Origin: a bacterium
GTDB taxonomy: Bacteria > Patescibacteriota > Minisyncoccia > Phycocordibacterales > Phycocordibacteraceae
Assembly: GCA_023269085.1 (NCBI GenBank)
Contig: JAHFML010000002.1
Span: 1,266-65,265 of the forward strand
Length of the DNA: 64,000 nucleotides
Reading direction: 5' to 3'
Part shown: positions 29,224 to 39,547 of the stretch, piece by piece
How the letters are laid out: every line of letters starts with the position of its first letter
Numbering within the stretch: position 1 is the stretch's first letter
Translations under genes and position numbers: made by a program
The notes under the pieces: model-generated
The model's input: only the letters and a program-made list of their open reading frames with translations
Databases searched by the model: none
Told to the model about the DNA's origin: nothing

Positions 29224-29709
29224 ATGTCTCGATATTATGCATACGGAGTGTTCGCCGTCGCAGCAATAGTTGTTATAGGAGGAGTATTTTTCTATAGGAC
29301 ATACACGCCAAGCGAGGCGGTGGTGCCGGAGGGATTCACGACGGGCACCTTCGCGGGCGTGTCCTTGAGAATCGAGCTTGCCACGACCACGGCCGCCCAA
29401 GAGCGAGGTTTGGGCGGCCGCACGAACGTGCCCGTTGGCTATGGCATGCTCTTCGTATTCCCGAAAAGCGGCTTCTATGGCTTCTGGATGAAGGATACCC
29501 TCGTCCCGCTCGATATGTTCTGGCTCGACGGTCAAGGACACGTCGTCTACCAAGCGCGCGACGTCGCGACTTCGACCTATCCGAATGTCTTTTTCCCTTC
29601 GGCACCGGCGAAGTATGTCCTAGAGACGGCGGCGGGCTTCGCGCGCGCTCACACGCTTGCGACCGGCACCCCGCTTTTGTTGAAAGATTCTCCTTCAGTT
29701 TCAAAATAA
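29224..29709 (+). CDS. DUF192 domain protein
   Basis: GMLFVFPKSGFYGFWMKDTLVPLDMFWLD conserved block. Confidence 0.65.
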   Translation: MSRYYAYGVFAVAAIVVIGGVFFYRTYTPSEAVVPEGFTTGTFAGVSLRIELATTTAAQERGLGGRTNVPVGYGMLFVFPKSGFYGFWMKDTLVPLDMFWLDGQGHVVYQARDVATSTYPNVFFPSAPAKYVLETAAGFARAHTLATGTPLLLKDSPSVSK

Positions 29710-29793
29710 CACTATCCACTTGGCGTGCTTGAGTGCGCGGGAGTAAACTTGGAAGAACAGAAGTTTATTATCACGCCCTAACCGATTCTGCTC

Positions 29794-32184
29794 ATGTCTA
29801 AAGTCGCTAAAGCCCCTGTTCGCGCGAAGAAGCCGGTTGTCGCGGCAACGCTCGTGAGCGAACCGGTGAAGCTCTCGAAGGAGACGCTCCGGTATCGCGA
29901 GCTTATCCCGCAGATAGAGAAGCGCGATGGGCGGCTTGTCCCTTTCGACTTTGACAAAATAGTGCACGCTATCGAGAAGGCGATGTCGGTGGCTGAAGAA
30001 GGCGATCATGAGGACGCGATACTGGTCGCGCATCAGGTGGTGGGTGAGCTCGCGCGCTTCGCGAAGAAGTACAAGACCTTCTTGCCGAATGTGGAGGCGA
30101 TGCAGGACTCGGTCGAGAAGTATCTCATCTTGAACGACTATGTGAAGGCCGCGAAGTCCTACATCCTCTATCGCGACAAGCGCGCTCAGCTCCGCTCGGT
30201 CCGCATCGAGATCCCCGAGCATGTGCGGAAGCTCACCGAAGAGAGCCGTAAATATTTTGAAGGCAACACCCTCGGCGAGTTCGTCTATCTGCGCACCTAT
30301 GCGAAGTGGATCCCCGAAGAGAATCGTCGCGAGACGTGGATCGAGACGGTCGATCGCTATGTCAATTTCATGCGCGAGAACTTGGGCGACAAGCTTACCG
30401 AGAAGGAGTACGCCGAAGTGCGCACGGGCATCTTGAAGCAGGAGGTGATGCCGAGCATGCGGCTTATGCAATTTGCCGGAGAGCCGGCGCGCCGCTGTAA
30501 TACCTGCGCCTACAACTGCACCTTCACCGCACCGACTAAACTCGCCGACTTCGCCGAGATCATGTACCTCTCGATGCAAGGTTGCGGCGTCGGCTTCGCG
30601 GTCGAGAGCCAGAACATCGAGCAACTACCGCAGATCATGAAGCAATCGGGGAAGAAGTCGCCAACGCATGTCGTCGCCGACTCGAAGGAAGGTTGGTGCG
30701 ACGCGCTCACGCTCGGGCTCACCACGTGGTATAGCGGGAATGATATTACTTTCGACTTCTCGCAGATCCGGCCTGCCGGTGCACGCTTGAAGACGATGGG
30801 CGGCAAGGCCTCGGGCCCCGAGCCGCTCCGCTCGCTCCTCGCCTTCGCCCGCGAACGGGTCTTCGCGCGGCAGGGCCGGCGCCTGCGCTCGATCGACGCG
30901 CACGATGTCATCTGCAAGATCGGCGAATGCGTGGTCGCGGGCGGCGTGCGTCGTACGGCGATGATCTCGCTCTCTGATCTCGACGATGTCGAGATGCGCG
31001 ATGCGAAGAAAGGCGCGTTCTATATGACCGATCCGCATCGCTCGGTCGCGAATAACTCAGCGGTTTATGAGGTCCAGCCGAGCAACACCGAGCTCATGGA
31101 CGAGTGGGTCGCGCTCATGAAGAGCGGGAGCGGTGAGCGCGGCATCTTCAATCGCGGTGCGCTCGCGGAGACCTTGCCGAAGCGCCGCGTCGATTACTTC
31201 AAGTCGGTCGGCTTCTTGGGCGAAGATGGCGTGGTGCGCGGCCCGATCGGCACGAACCCGTGCGCCGAGATCATCCTGCAGTCGAAGCAGTTCTGCAATC
31301 TCTCTGAGGTGATCGCGCGCGCTCACGACACCGAGGCCTCGCTCCTGCGCAAGGCGCGTCTCGCCGCTATCATCGGCACCTATCAGTCGACGCTGACTAA
31401 GTTTGACTATATCTCGCAGGATTGGACCGATCATAATGCCGCAGAGCGCCTGCTCGGCGTCTCGATAACGGGGCAGTGGGACAGTCCGGCAGTGCGGCAG
31501 CCAGAAGTGATGCGGAAGGTGCGCGATATGGCGGTCAAGACCAATGTCGCCTATGCCAAGCGCTTCGGCGTCGAGCGCTCGATGGCGGTCACGGCGGTGA
31601 AGCCCTCGGGCACCGTCTCGCAGACCTTCGACTGCGCCTCGGGCATCCATCCGCGCCACGCGCCCTACTATATCCGCCGCGTGCGCATCAGCGCGACCGA
31701 CTCGCTCTTCAAGCTCATGCGCGATCAGGGCGTGCCGTACTACCCCGAGGTAGGGCAGTCGATGGAGAGCGCGAACACCTATGTGCTCGAGTTCCCGGTC
31801 GTGGCGCCCGACCACTCTAAGGAGGCGCGCTTCAAGGACGATCTCACTGCGCTCGACCAGCTCGAATATTGGAAGATGGTGAAGCTGAACTATACCGAGC
31901 ACAACCCTTCGGCGACTATCTCGGTGAGCGAGAATGAATGGATCGGCGTCGTCGACTGGGTGCAGAAGAATTGGAGCATCATCGGCGGACTCTCCTTCCT
32001 CCCGCGTAGCAACCACGTCTATCGCCTCGCGCCGTATGAGACGATTACCAAGGCAGAATACGACGAGCGCATGGCGCGCTTCCCGCATATCGACTACAGC
32101 AAGCTCATGGCCTATGAGATCCACGACGAGACCGAGATGAAGAAGGAGCTCGCCTGCGCCGGCGGCACGTGTGAGATTATGTAG
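29794..32184 (+). CDS. nrdJ: adenosylcobalamin-dependent ribonucleotide reductase (class II, NrdJ)
   Basis: ATP-cone-like N-terminus, catalytic NPCAEI and CNLSE Cys motifs, monomeric class II length. Confidence 0.85.
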   Translation: MSKVAKAPVRAKKPVVAATLVSEPVKLSKETLRYRELIPQIEKRDGRLVPFDFDKIVHAIEKAMSVAEEGDHEDAILVAHQVVGELARFAKKYKTFLPNVEAMQDSVEKYLILNDYVKAAKSYILYRDKRAQLRSVRIEIPEHVRKLTEESRKYFEGNTLGEFVYLRTYAKWIPEENRRETWIETVDRYVNFMRENLGDKLTEKEYAEVRTGILKQEVMPSMRLMQFAGEPARRCNTCAYNCTFTAPTKLADFAEIMYLSMQGCGVGFAVESQNIEQLPQIMKQSGKKSPTHVVADSKEGWCDALTLGLTTWYSGNDITFDFSQIRPAGARLKTMGGKASGPEPLRSLLAFARERVFARQGRRLRSIDAHDVICKIGECVVAGGVRRTAMISLSDLDDVEMRDAKKGAFYMTDPHRSVANNSAVYEVQPSNTELMDEWVALMKSGSGERGIFNRGALAETLPKRRVDYFKSVGFLGEDGVVRGPIGTNPCAEIILQSKQFCNLSEVIARAHDTEASLLRKARLAAIIGTYQSTLTKFDYISQDWTDHNAAERLLGVSITGQWDSPAVRQPEVMRKVRDMAVKTNVAYAKRFGVERSMAVTAVKPSGTVSQTFDCASGIHPRHAPYYIRRVRISATDSLFKLMRDQGVPYYPEVGQSMESANTYVLEFPVVAPDHSKEARFKDDLTALDQLEYWKMVKLNYTEHNPSATISVSENEWIGVVDWVQKNWSIIGGLSFLPRSNHVYRLAPYETITKAEYDERMARFPHIDYSKLMAYEIHDETEMKKELACAGGTCEIM

Positions 32185-32217
32185 CTTATACACACCCCGC
32201 CCCTTTACCTCCCCCTC

Positions 32218-32228
32218 GGGGGGGGGGG
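32218..32228. repeat. G11 homopolymeric tract 48 bp upstream of the secreted-protein gene
   Basis: Counted directly: ccccctc + GGGGGGGGGGG + tacg. Confidence 0.8.
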
Positions 32229-32275
32229 TACGCTAGAGGAGTATCTCTTACTTCACTTCTAGCCACATTCTCGCT

Positions 32276-33115
32276 ATGCGCACGCTCCTCACCTCAACCC
32301 TCAAGATGTTCGTCGCCTCTTCTCTCACCCTCCTCGCCTTCTACGCGATCAACGCTTCTGCACAATCAGCCTGGACTCCAGCTCCAGCTAACGCTCCCTC
32401 AGGCAACGTGGCAGGCCCCCTCACCACGGGTGACGTGTATCAGATTCGCTCTGGTAATCTCGGTATGCAAGGAGCTTTGTTGATGGGAAATCAAACGGAT
32501 CAAGCACCGGGCGTATATTTTGCCCCCAATGGATATCCGTATTCATATATAGACAACAGCAAGGGAGATACTCGAATTGTGACACAGGATGCCAACGCCA
32601 ATGGGTATGGGAGTCTAAAATTTATAGTTAAGAATGGTGGCAATGTGGGGATTGGGACAGACAGTCCAAATAGTTCAAAAGGAACCAATGGTTATCTTGA
32701 CGCCAAAGACGTCTATCTCCGTGACGCCGGGAAGTGGGCGAGTGAGGTTGGTGGGAGTGGTTCGGGGGGACATTGGGCACCAGTTAATGGGAGAGAGATA
32801 TCTTGCACGATGAACGCTTTTAATTTGTGCAGACAAATGATAAATTCAATAACTTTCTTTGCGAAAGTCGAAAACAATAAACCGTACACAAGAATTGTTT
32901 CATCAAGTTCTTATGGAAGGAGCTATGCGCGTGATACAGGGTGGATTATTGGTACGACACAATCGTATAGCCCTGGAACGTGTGGATTTATAGGCTCGAA
33001 TCCTAGCATACTCATTTCGATGGGTTTGGATACGTATCCAAACCTTAGGGGTTCTTTTTCTGATGCAGGAGATGGTAGTGTTGAAACTCCCTGCTCCTCA
33101 AACTTCCCTTGGTAG
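32276..33115 (+). CDS. secreted or surface protein with signal peptide; C-terminal half AT-rich
   Basis: Signal MRTLLTSTLKMFVASSLTLLAFYAINASA; Gly/Asn-rich. Confidence 0.5.
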   Translation: MRTLLTSTLKMFVASSLTLLAFYAINASAQSAWTPAPANAPSGNVAGPLTTGDVYQIRSGNLGMQGALLMGNQTDQAPGVYFAPNGYPYSYIDNSKGDTRIVTQDANANGYGSLKFIVKNGGNVGIGTDSPNSSKGTNGYLDAKDVYLRDAGKWASEVGGSGSGGHWAPVNGREISCTMNAFNLCRQMINSITFFAKVENNKPYTRIVSSSSYGRSYARDTGWIIGTTQSYSPGTCGFIGSNPSILISMGLDTYPNLRGSFSDAGDGSVETPCSSNFPW

Positions 33116-33192
33116 ACTTGAGCTCTGTTCAGTTTGCACATACCTGGTGTGCACAATGAGAAATCCCGCGCAGGAGCGCGGGATTTCTCATG

Positions 33193-33515
33193 ATGGTCGA
33201 GGTCGATAAGCCGAATTCTGTCTGACCCTTGCGGGCGAGGCGATCATTTATCTGGGTCCCTCGTTGCCTCGGGACTCGAGCGGCACCCCGCCGGCGCAGA
33301 GCGCCGGCGATACGGCCTTGCATGCGGGTAAGGATTTTGCCGTTTCAGCCGGACTAAACCGGGTCGTTTCTGTTCGCACCTCGGCTCTCACGAGCGACGG
33401 GCGTTACCCGCTACCTTTCTGCCGATTATAACATCGGCGCATGTTCGGACTTTCCTCCCGACGATTGCTCGCCGAGCGATCGCCTAACCTTGACCTCTGC
33501 TACCATACCACATTT
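33193..33515 (-). ncRNA. rnpB: RNase P RNA (bacterial type A, reduced) - candidate
   Basis: Minus-strand 3' region ...CAGATAAATGATCGCC...GACAGAATTCGGCTTATCGACC matches the conserved rnpB 3' end (TAGATGAATGACTG...ACAGAACCCGGCTTATCGGTC). AGTCCGG P4 5' strand is present. About 400-nt ORF-free gap, followed by a hairpin terminator at 33158-33189. Confidence 0.55.
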
Positions 33516-33601
33516 TCAACCTGTGGACTATATTCTCGACAAATGCCCGAGCGCGGTATACTAGGAGCACTTATCCATATAGATTAAAGAACATACGCAT
33601 C

Positions 33602-35977
33602 ATGTCTTCGCCACAACAGCCGGGTTCGTCTCGTCGCTCGCTCGATTCAGCCAGTGTTCTGGTTTTCATAGGGACGCTTATTGCAACTCTGTTTATTATC
33701 GTGCCGTCGTCATCGTTCTCGCTCATCGCGACAAAATCATTTTTGCTCGCCGCGGGCACGCTCATAACGCTCGCGGTTTATGTTCTCGCGCGGCTTACTC
33801 GTGGCAATATCGTTCTCCCCTCATCGGTACTCGTTGGTGCGCTCTGGTTACCGGCGCTCGCCTATGCGCTCTCGGCGGCATTTTCTGGAGCGCATTTCAC
33901 GCAGGCTCTTTGGGGAACAGCACTCGAGGTCGACACCTTCGGCTTCATGCTCGTCGCGGCGTGTCTCGGCACGCTTGCTATGCTTGTTTTGCGCAGGTCT
34001 GAAAATTATCAGACATTCTATCGCGCGCTCGCGTACGCATTCGGTGTCCTCTCGGTGGTGAGCGTGATTGCCGTATTCATCGGACGATTCGCTCCGAGTG
34101 TCGTCGCACCGACGTTCTCATTCCTCGGCTCCTTCACCGACTTAGCGACCGTGCTCGGGCTCGGTATGGTGCTCACACTCTTGGCGCTCCGTTTCGTTGA
34201 CCTCTCGGTGATGGCACGACGCGGACTTGTCGTGAGCGGGCTATTCGCGCTCTTCATGCTCGCTCTCGCGAATGTCGCACTCATCTGGGAGCTCCTCATC
34301 CTCGTCTCGCTCGGGCTCTTCGTCGAGTCGATCTTGCGCCGCACGCCGAATGCCGGCGATGCCGATCTCGATGAAGTCGTTCTTATTGACGACGAAGGTT
34401 CAGCCGGCTCTGATGAAGGGAATCACTCGCTCGTCATACCGCTCGTCGTTCTCGCGATCTCACTCTTCTTCCTTATCGGCGGCGGTCTTGGGACGGCGCT
34501 CGCGAACGCGCTCCATGTGAGCACGCTCGACGTCCGTCCGTCTTGGCAGTCGACGCTCTCGGTCGCTGAGCACACCTATGCTAGCTCGCCGTTCTTCGGG
34601 AGCGGCCCGAACACCTTTGGCGTCGAATGGCTCAAGTATCGCGACGCATCATTGAATTCGACTATCTTCTGGAGCACCGACTTCACTTCTGGCGTTGGCT
34701 TCATCCCGACCTCATTCGCAACGACCGGAGGAGTCGGCGCGCTCGCGTGGCTCGCCTTCTTCGCGCTCTTCATCGTGCTTGGTCTCCGTATGCTCATCTT
34801 GCGCGCGCCACAGGACGCAAGCGTTCGCGCGGTTGCCGTCATGTCCTTCGTCGCGACCTTGTATCTCTTCACGATAGCGACGCTCGATGTGCCGGGGTCG
34901 CTCGTTTTGGTTCTTGCGTTCGTCTTCGCGGGCATCTTCATTTCGTCGATGCGGTATGCGGCGCAAGGTCGGCAGTGGGGCGTCCTCTTCTCGCGGTCTC
35001 CGCGCCTTGGCTTCGTCATCGTCTTCGGTCTCACGATTCTTCTCCTCTCATCGGTGGTCGCGTCCTATTCGCTCGTCGAGCGTTATGTGGTGACGGCCGA
35101 GATCACGAGCGCGATGACCGCTCTTGGCGCCGGCAATCTCAACAGTGCCGATCGATCAGCGCGAGCCGCGCTCTCGTTCGCACCGTCAACCTCGGCATAC
35201 CAGATCGAGGCTGGCATCGCGAATGCGCAGATAAACCTGATTGCCTCGTCGTCGACCATGCCGAAGGCGGCCGCACAACAGGCTTACCAGGCGGCGCTCT
35301 CGGCGGGTATCAATGCCGCGCTCACCGCGACGAACATCAGCCCATCTGATTATCAGAGCTGGCTCATGCTCGGGAATCTCTATGCCCAGGCGGTGCCGCT
35401 CGGCGTTTCTGGCTCCTATGACAGCGCGAAGTCTGCTTATGATAAGGCGCAGGCGTTGAACCCGACTAACCCACAGATCAAGTACATCATCGCCAATCTC
35501 GAAATTGCGAACAAGAATCTGAAAGCGGCCAAGGATGCGCTGAAGGCGGCGATAGCACTCAAACAGGACTACACCGACGCGATTTTCCTCCTCTCCCAGC
35601 TTGAGGTGCAGGAGGGTAATGTGAAGGATGCGCTCGCCTCGGCGCTCGCAGCGGCCTACTTCACGCCGAACAATCCGAACATCCTCTTCCAAGTCGGCGT
35701 GCTCTATGCGGCACAGAATGATCTTACGAATGCCGCGCTCGCGCTCGCGGCCGCCGTTGCGGCAAATCCGCAATTCGCGAATGCGCGTTACTTCCTCGCG
35801 GCAGTAGAGGCGAAGCAGGGTAATACGACCGACGCGCTCGCGGAGATACAGGCTATCGGAGCCATGTCGAGCGCGAACGCGACTGCAATCGCTCCTCTTG
35901 TCACCGCGCTCCAAGCAGGAAAGAATCCGTTCCCGGCGAATCTACTTTCCGCATCTTCGACGCCTCTCAAACAATAA
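33602..35977 (+). CDS. O-antigen ligase/Wzy-like polytopic membrane protein with C-terminal TPR repeats
   Basis: More than 12 TM helices then TPR-like Ala-rich repeats; family call tentative. Confidence 0.45.
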   Translation: MSSPQQPGSSRRSLDSASVLVFIGTLIATLFIIVPSSSFSLIATKSFLLAAGTLITLAVYVLARLTRGNIVLPSSVLVGALWLPALAYALSAAFSGAHFTQALWGTALEVDTFGFMLVAACLGTLAMLVLRRSENYQTFYRALAYAFGVLSVVSVIAVFIGRFAPSVVAPTFSFLGSFTDLATVLGLGMVLTLLALRFVDLSVMARRGLVVSGLFALFMLALANVALIWELLILVSLGLFVESILRRTPNAGDADLDEVVLIDDEGSAGSDEGNHSLVIPLVVLAISLFFLIGGGLGTALANALHVSTLDVRPSWQSTLSVAEHTYASSPFFGSGPNTFGVEWLKYRDASLNSTIFWSTDFTSGVGFIPTSFATTGGVGALAWLAFFALFIVLGLRMLILRAPQDASVRAVAVMSFVATLYLFTIATLDVPGSLVLVLAFVFAGIFISSMRYAAQGRQWGVLFSRSPRLGFVIVFGLTILLLSSVVASYSLVERYVVTAEITSAMTALGAGNLNSADRSARAALSFAPSTSAYQIEAGIANAQINLIASSSTMPKAAAQQAYQAALSAGINAALTATNISPSDYQSWLMLGNLYAQAVPLGVSGSYDSAKSAYDKAQALNPTNPQIKYIIANLEIANKNLKAAKDALKAAIALKQDYTDAIFLLSQLEVQEGNVKDALASALAAAYFTPNNPNILFQVGVLYAAQNDLTNAALALAAAVAANPQFANARYFLAAVEAKQGNTTDALAEIQAIGAMSSANATAIAPLVTALQAGKNPFPANLLSASSTPLKQ

Positions 35978-35991
35978 GGTAGTATTGCGTC

Positions 35992-37668
35992 ATGGTTCGA
36001 CGCCTTATCGAACGCCTGACGGCACCGGTACGCGGCCTGCATCAGGCCGCGTACTTGCTTGCCGCTCTCACGCTCGCCTCGCAAGCGCTTGCGCTCTTGC
36101 GCGACCGCACCTTCGCGCACGTCTTCGGGGCCGGGCAGACGCTCGATCTCTACTATGCCGCGTTTCGCGTGCCCGACCTCGTCTTCGCGCTCGTCTCCTC
36201 GCTCGTCTCCGCCTATGTGCTCATTCCGCGGCTCACGGGGCTCGATAGGGAAGGCACGCGGCGGCTGCTCTCCGAGTCGGCGTCATTCTTGCTCATCGCC
36301 GGCGGGCTTCTCTGTGCTCTGCTTGCGGTATTTATGCCGCAGGCTCTCCGGCTCCTGTATCCCGACCTTATTGCGTCGCCGGCACAAACGGAGTTCGTCG
36401 CTCTCTCTCGCCTCCTGCTCATACAACCGATCCTGCTCGGCCTCTCGGGCGTGTTCGGGAGCGTAACGCAGGTGCATCGTCGCTTCGTCCTCTTCGCACT
36501 CTCTCCGGTGCTCTATAATCTCGGCATCATCGTTGGCGCGGTCGCGCTCTATCCGCGCTTCGGGCTCATGGGCATCGGATGGGGCGTCGTTATCGGCGCA
36601 GTCGCATATCTGCTCGTGAATGTGCCAGTCATTATTTCCGCAGGAGTACTGCCGCGATTCGTCCTGCCAGAGTGGTCGCGCTTAGCGAGCATCGTACGCG
36701 ATTCGGTCCCGCGTTCGCTCGCGCTCGGCATGGGTTCGATAACGGCGCTCGCGCTCACCGCGCTCGCGTCCCGAGTCGGGACGGGCGCCGTCTCCGTCTT
36801 CACCCTCGCGGGTAATCTCGAGGCGGTGCCGCTCGCGCTCATCGGCTCCTCGTATGCGGTTGCGGCGTTTCCGGCACTCTCCGAAGCGTCGGAGAAAAAT
36901 GATAATGGCGAATTCTCGCGGGTGCTGTCGACCTCGGCACGGCACATCATCCTATGGTCGATGGTATCTCTCGGCCTCATTGCGGTCTTGCGCGCCCACC
37001 TTGTGCGCGTCATTCTCGGGACTGGCGCCTTCGATTGGGACGCAACGCGTCTCACCGCCGCGCTCCTGGTCGTCCTCGCGGTCGGTCTTGTCGCGCAGGG
37101 GCTGGTGCTCCTCTTCTCGCGCGCGCTGTATGCCGCGCGGCAATCCTGGCGGCCGCTCATGTATCAGATCGCAGGGGGATTGCTCACGGTCTTGCTCGCC
37201 GTAATATTTCTGCGGGCACCACAAAACGGATTTTTATCGACGCTCAACGCCTTCTTGAAGGCGGGTGACACAGGGACGGGAGCTATTCTACTCCTCGCTC
37301 TCGCCGCGACCCTCGGCCAGATATTCTTGGCTCTCCTCTCGCTCGCCGCTCTCCGTAGCGTTACGCCCGGTCTCGCCCGGTCGCTCGTGCGCCCTACCAT
37401 CGACGGAATGATAGCGGCTGTCGTTGGCGGTGCGGCTGCGCATGCCTCTCTCGTCATCGCGGGAGGCATAGCACCGCTAACGACTCTGCTCGCGGTCTTC
37501 ACGCAAGGGTTCGTTGCGGGTATCGTCGGCCTAGTAGCGGCTGGTCTCGCGCTCTTCTTCGTCGAAAATGAAGAGTTCAGAAGTGTTATAACAGCACTCA
37601 AGCGTCTCGGGCGCGCTCGGGCCTCCGGCATTCTCGCGCCATCGGCCGAAGAGCCGATCAAATCATGA
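35992..37668 (+). CDS. murJ: lipid II flippase MurJ/MviN
   Basis: 14 TM, conserved FRVPDLVFALVSSLVSAYVLIP N-terminal region. Confidence 0.8.
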   Translation: MVRRLIERLTAPVRGLHQAAYLLAALTLASQALALLRDRTFAHVFGAGQTLDLYYAAFRVPDLVFALVSSLVSAYVLIPRLTGLDREGTRRLLSESASFLLIAGGLLCALLAVFMPQALRLLYPDLIASPAQTEFVALSRLLLIQPILLGLSGVFGSVTQVHRRFVLFALSPVLYNLGIIVGAVALYPRFGLMGIGWGVVIGAVAYLLVNVPVIISAGVLPRFVLPEWSRLASIVRDSVPRSLALGMGSITALALTALASRVGTGAVSVFTLAGNLEAVPLALIGSSYAVAAFPALSEASEKNDNGEFSRVLSTSARHIILWSMVSLGLIAVLRAHLVRVILGTGAFDWDATRLTAALLVVLAVGLVAQGLVLLFSRALYAARQSWRPLMYQIAGGLLTVLLAVIFLRAPQNGFLSTLNAFLKAGDTGTGAILLLALAATLGQIFLALLSLAALRSVTPGLARSLVRPTIDGMIAAVVGGAAAHASLVIAGGIAPLTTLLAVFTQGFVAGIVGLVAAGLALFFVENEEFRSVITALKRLGRARASGILAPSAEEPIKS

Positions 37669-39533
37669 ACCAAGATACTATCCGCAACTTTTCCATTATC
37701 GCGCACGTCGACCACGGCAAGTCGACGCTCGCTGACCGCATGCTCGAGCGCACGGGCGCCATCCCCGAGCGTCTGATGCGCGACCAGGTACTCGACCGCA
37801 TGGACCTTGAGCGCGAGCGCGGCATCACGATCAAGATGCAGCCCGTAAGAATGGTTTACCATTCTGGAGGTCCCGAGCGAAGCGAGGGACAAGAGCGGGA
37901 CTACATCCTCAATCTCATCGACACGCCCGGGCACATCGACTTCTCCTATGAAGTGTCGCGCGCATTGAATGCTGTCGAGGGAGTGCTCCTACTCGTCGAT
38001 TCGACGCAGGGCGTGCAGGCGCAGACACTGACGACGCTTGCGATGGCGCGCGCGCAGAGTTGCGTCATCATCCCCGTCATCTCAAAGATTGATGCACCCG
38101 CCGCGCGCGTCGAGGAAGTGTCGCAAGAGCTCGCCGACTTACTTGGTGTCGCGCGAAGTGAGGTGATCGCGGTATCGGGTAAGACCGGTGCGGGTGTCGA
38201 TGAGCTGCTTGAGGCGATCGTACAAAAAATCCCGCCGCCGCAATCTTCGTGGACATCGGATGTCCACAGCAACCGTGGACATCCGATGTCCACGAACGTG
38301 GGTGAGCCGCGCGGCCTCGTCTTCGACTTCTCGTATTCGAAGCATCGCGGCGTCGCGGTTTATCTGCGCGTCTTCGACGGCGTCTTCAAAAAGGGCCAGC
38401 CGCTCATCTTCAAGGCGGCAGGGAAGGAGTTCGTCGCGCTTGAGACCGGCATCTTCACGCCCGAAGAGACGCCCGCCACGGAGCTCGCGGCGGGCGAGAT
38501 CGGCTACATTGTCACGGGGATCAAAGAGGCCGGCGTCGTCGCGGTCGGCGACACGGTCGGTGTTGCGAAAGGTGCGCTCCCGGCCTTCCACGGCTTCGAG
38601 CGGCCGCGGCCGGTCGTGTGGGCGTCGGTGTATCCTGAGAGCCAAGACGATCTCCCGCTCCTGCGACAATCCCTCGAGCGCTTGCGGCTCTCGGACTCGT
38701 CACTCTCTTTTGAAGAGGAGTCATCCGGCGTGCTCGGTCGCGGCTTCCGGTGCGGCTTCCTCGGCCTCTTACATCTCGAGATAATCACCGAGCGCTTGCG
38801 GCGCGAGTTCGGTCTCGCGCTCATCGTCACGATCCCGACTATCTCGTATGTCGTTACAACGACGAAGGGCGCGCGGGAGGTCGTCTACACGCCGGCGAAG
38901 TTCCCCGAATACGGCGATATCGCGCTTATCGAAGAACCGTGGGCGAAGGTCGTCATCATCACGCCGCCGGACTCGCTCTCAGCGCTCATTCAGCTCCTCT
39001 ATGAGCACGAGGCGAACACGCTTGGCACCGAGACCTATCATGACGGGCGCGTCGAGATGACGGTCGAGATGCCGCTCCGCGAGCTCATGCGCGGATTCTT
39101 CGACACGCTCAAGAACATTTCATCGGGCTATGCGTCGCTCTCCTATGAGCTCCTCCCCGAGCGCCTGGCGGATGTCGTCCGGCTCGATGTCTTGGTCGCT
39201 GAAGAGGCCGTGCCCGCCTTCGCGCGCGTTATTGCGCGTCGCCGCGTGGTCGAAGAGGCAGAGAAGATGGTCGAGAAGCTGCACAGCGTCCTCCCGAAGC
39301 AGCTCTTCGTCACCAAGATCCAAGCGAAGGCGCTCGGGCGCGTCATCTCCTCGAAGACGCTCTCGGCAATGCGCAAGGATGTGACCGGCTATCTTTATGG
39401 TGGCGACGTCTCGCGCAAGAACAAGCTCCTCGACAAGCAGAAGCGCGGCAAGAAGAAGATGCTCGAGCGCGGAACGGGCAAAGTCAACATTCCCGAAGAA
39501 GTTTTCATGAAGATGGTGCGGGCTGATGCGTAG
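37665..39533 (+). CDS. lepA: elongation factor 4 (LepA), carrying an in-frame palindromic insertion
   Basis: [20 protein letters not shown], LepA C-terminal domain YGGDVSRKNKLLDKQKRGKK. Confidence 0.9.
   Translation: MNQDTIRNFSIIAHVDHGKSTLADRMLERTGAIPERLMRDQVLDRMDLERERGITIKMQPVRMVYHSGGPERSEGQERDYILNLIDTPGHIDFSYEVSRALNAVEGVLLLVDSTQGVQAQTLTTLAMARAQSCVIIPVISKIDAPAARVEEVSQELADLLGVARSEVIAVSGKTGAGVDELLEAIVQKIPPPQSSWTSDVHSNRGHPMSTNVGEPRGLVFDFSYSKHRGVAVYLRVFDGVFKKGQPLIFKAAGKEFVALETGIFTPEETPATELAAGEIGYIVTGIKEAGVVAVGDTVGVAKGALPAFHGFERPRPVVWASVYPESQDDLPLLRQSLERLRLSDSSLSFEEESSGVLGRGFRCGFLGLLHLEIITERLRREFGLALIVTIPTISYVVTTTKGAREVVYTPAKFPEYGDIALIEEPWAKVVIITPPDSLSALIQLLYEHEANTLGTETYHDGRVEMTVEMPLRELMRGFFDTLKNISSGYASLSYELLPERLADVVRLDVLVAEEAVPAFARVIARRRVVEEAEKMVEKLHSVLPKQLFVTKIQAKALGRVISSKTLSAMRKDVTGYLYGGDVSRKNKLLDKQKRGKKKMLERGTGKVNIPEEVFMKMVRADA
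38249..38293. repeat. palindromic element family 1 variant, two tandem units (GTGGACATCgGATGTCCAC agcaacc GTGGACATCcGATGTCCAC) in frame inside lepA
   Basis: Perfect 9-1-9 palindromes; encodes WTSDVHSNRGHPMST in a loop between LepA domains. Confidence 0.85.
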
Positions 39534-39547
39534 TATATACTTGCAGT

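Noticed and set aside
29710-29793. Cobalamin riboswitch upstream of class II RNR nrdJ
   Set aside because: The intergenic region is only 84 nt and lacks the B12-box. A riboswitch of about 200 nt cannot fit.
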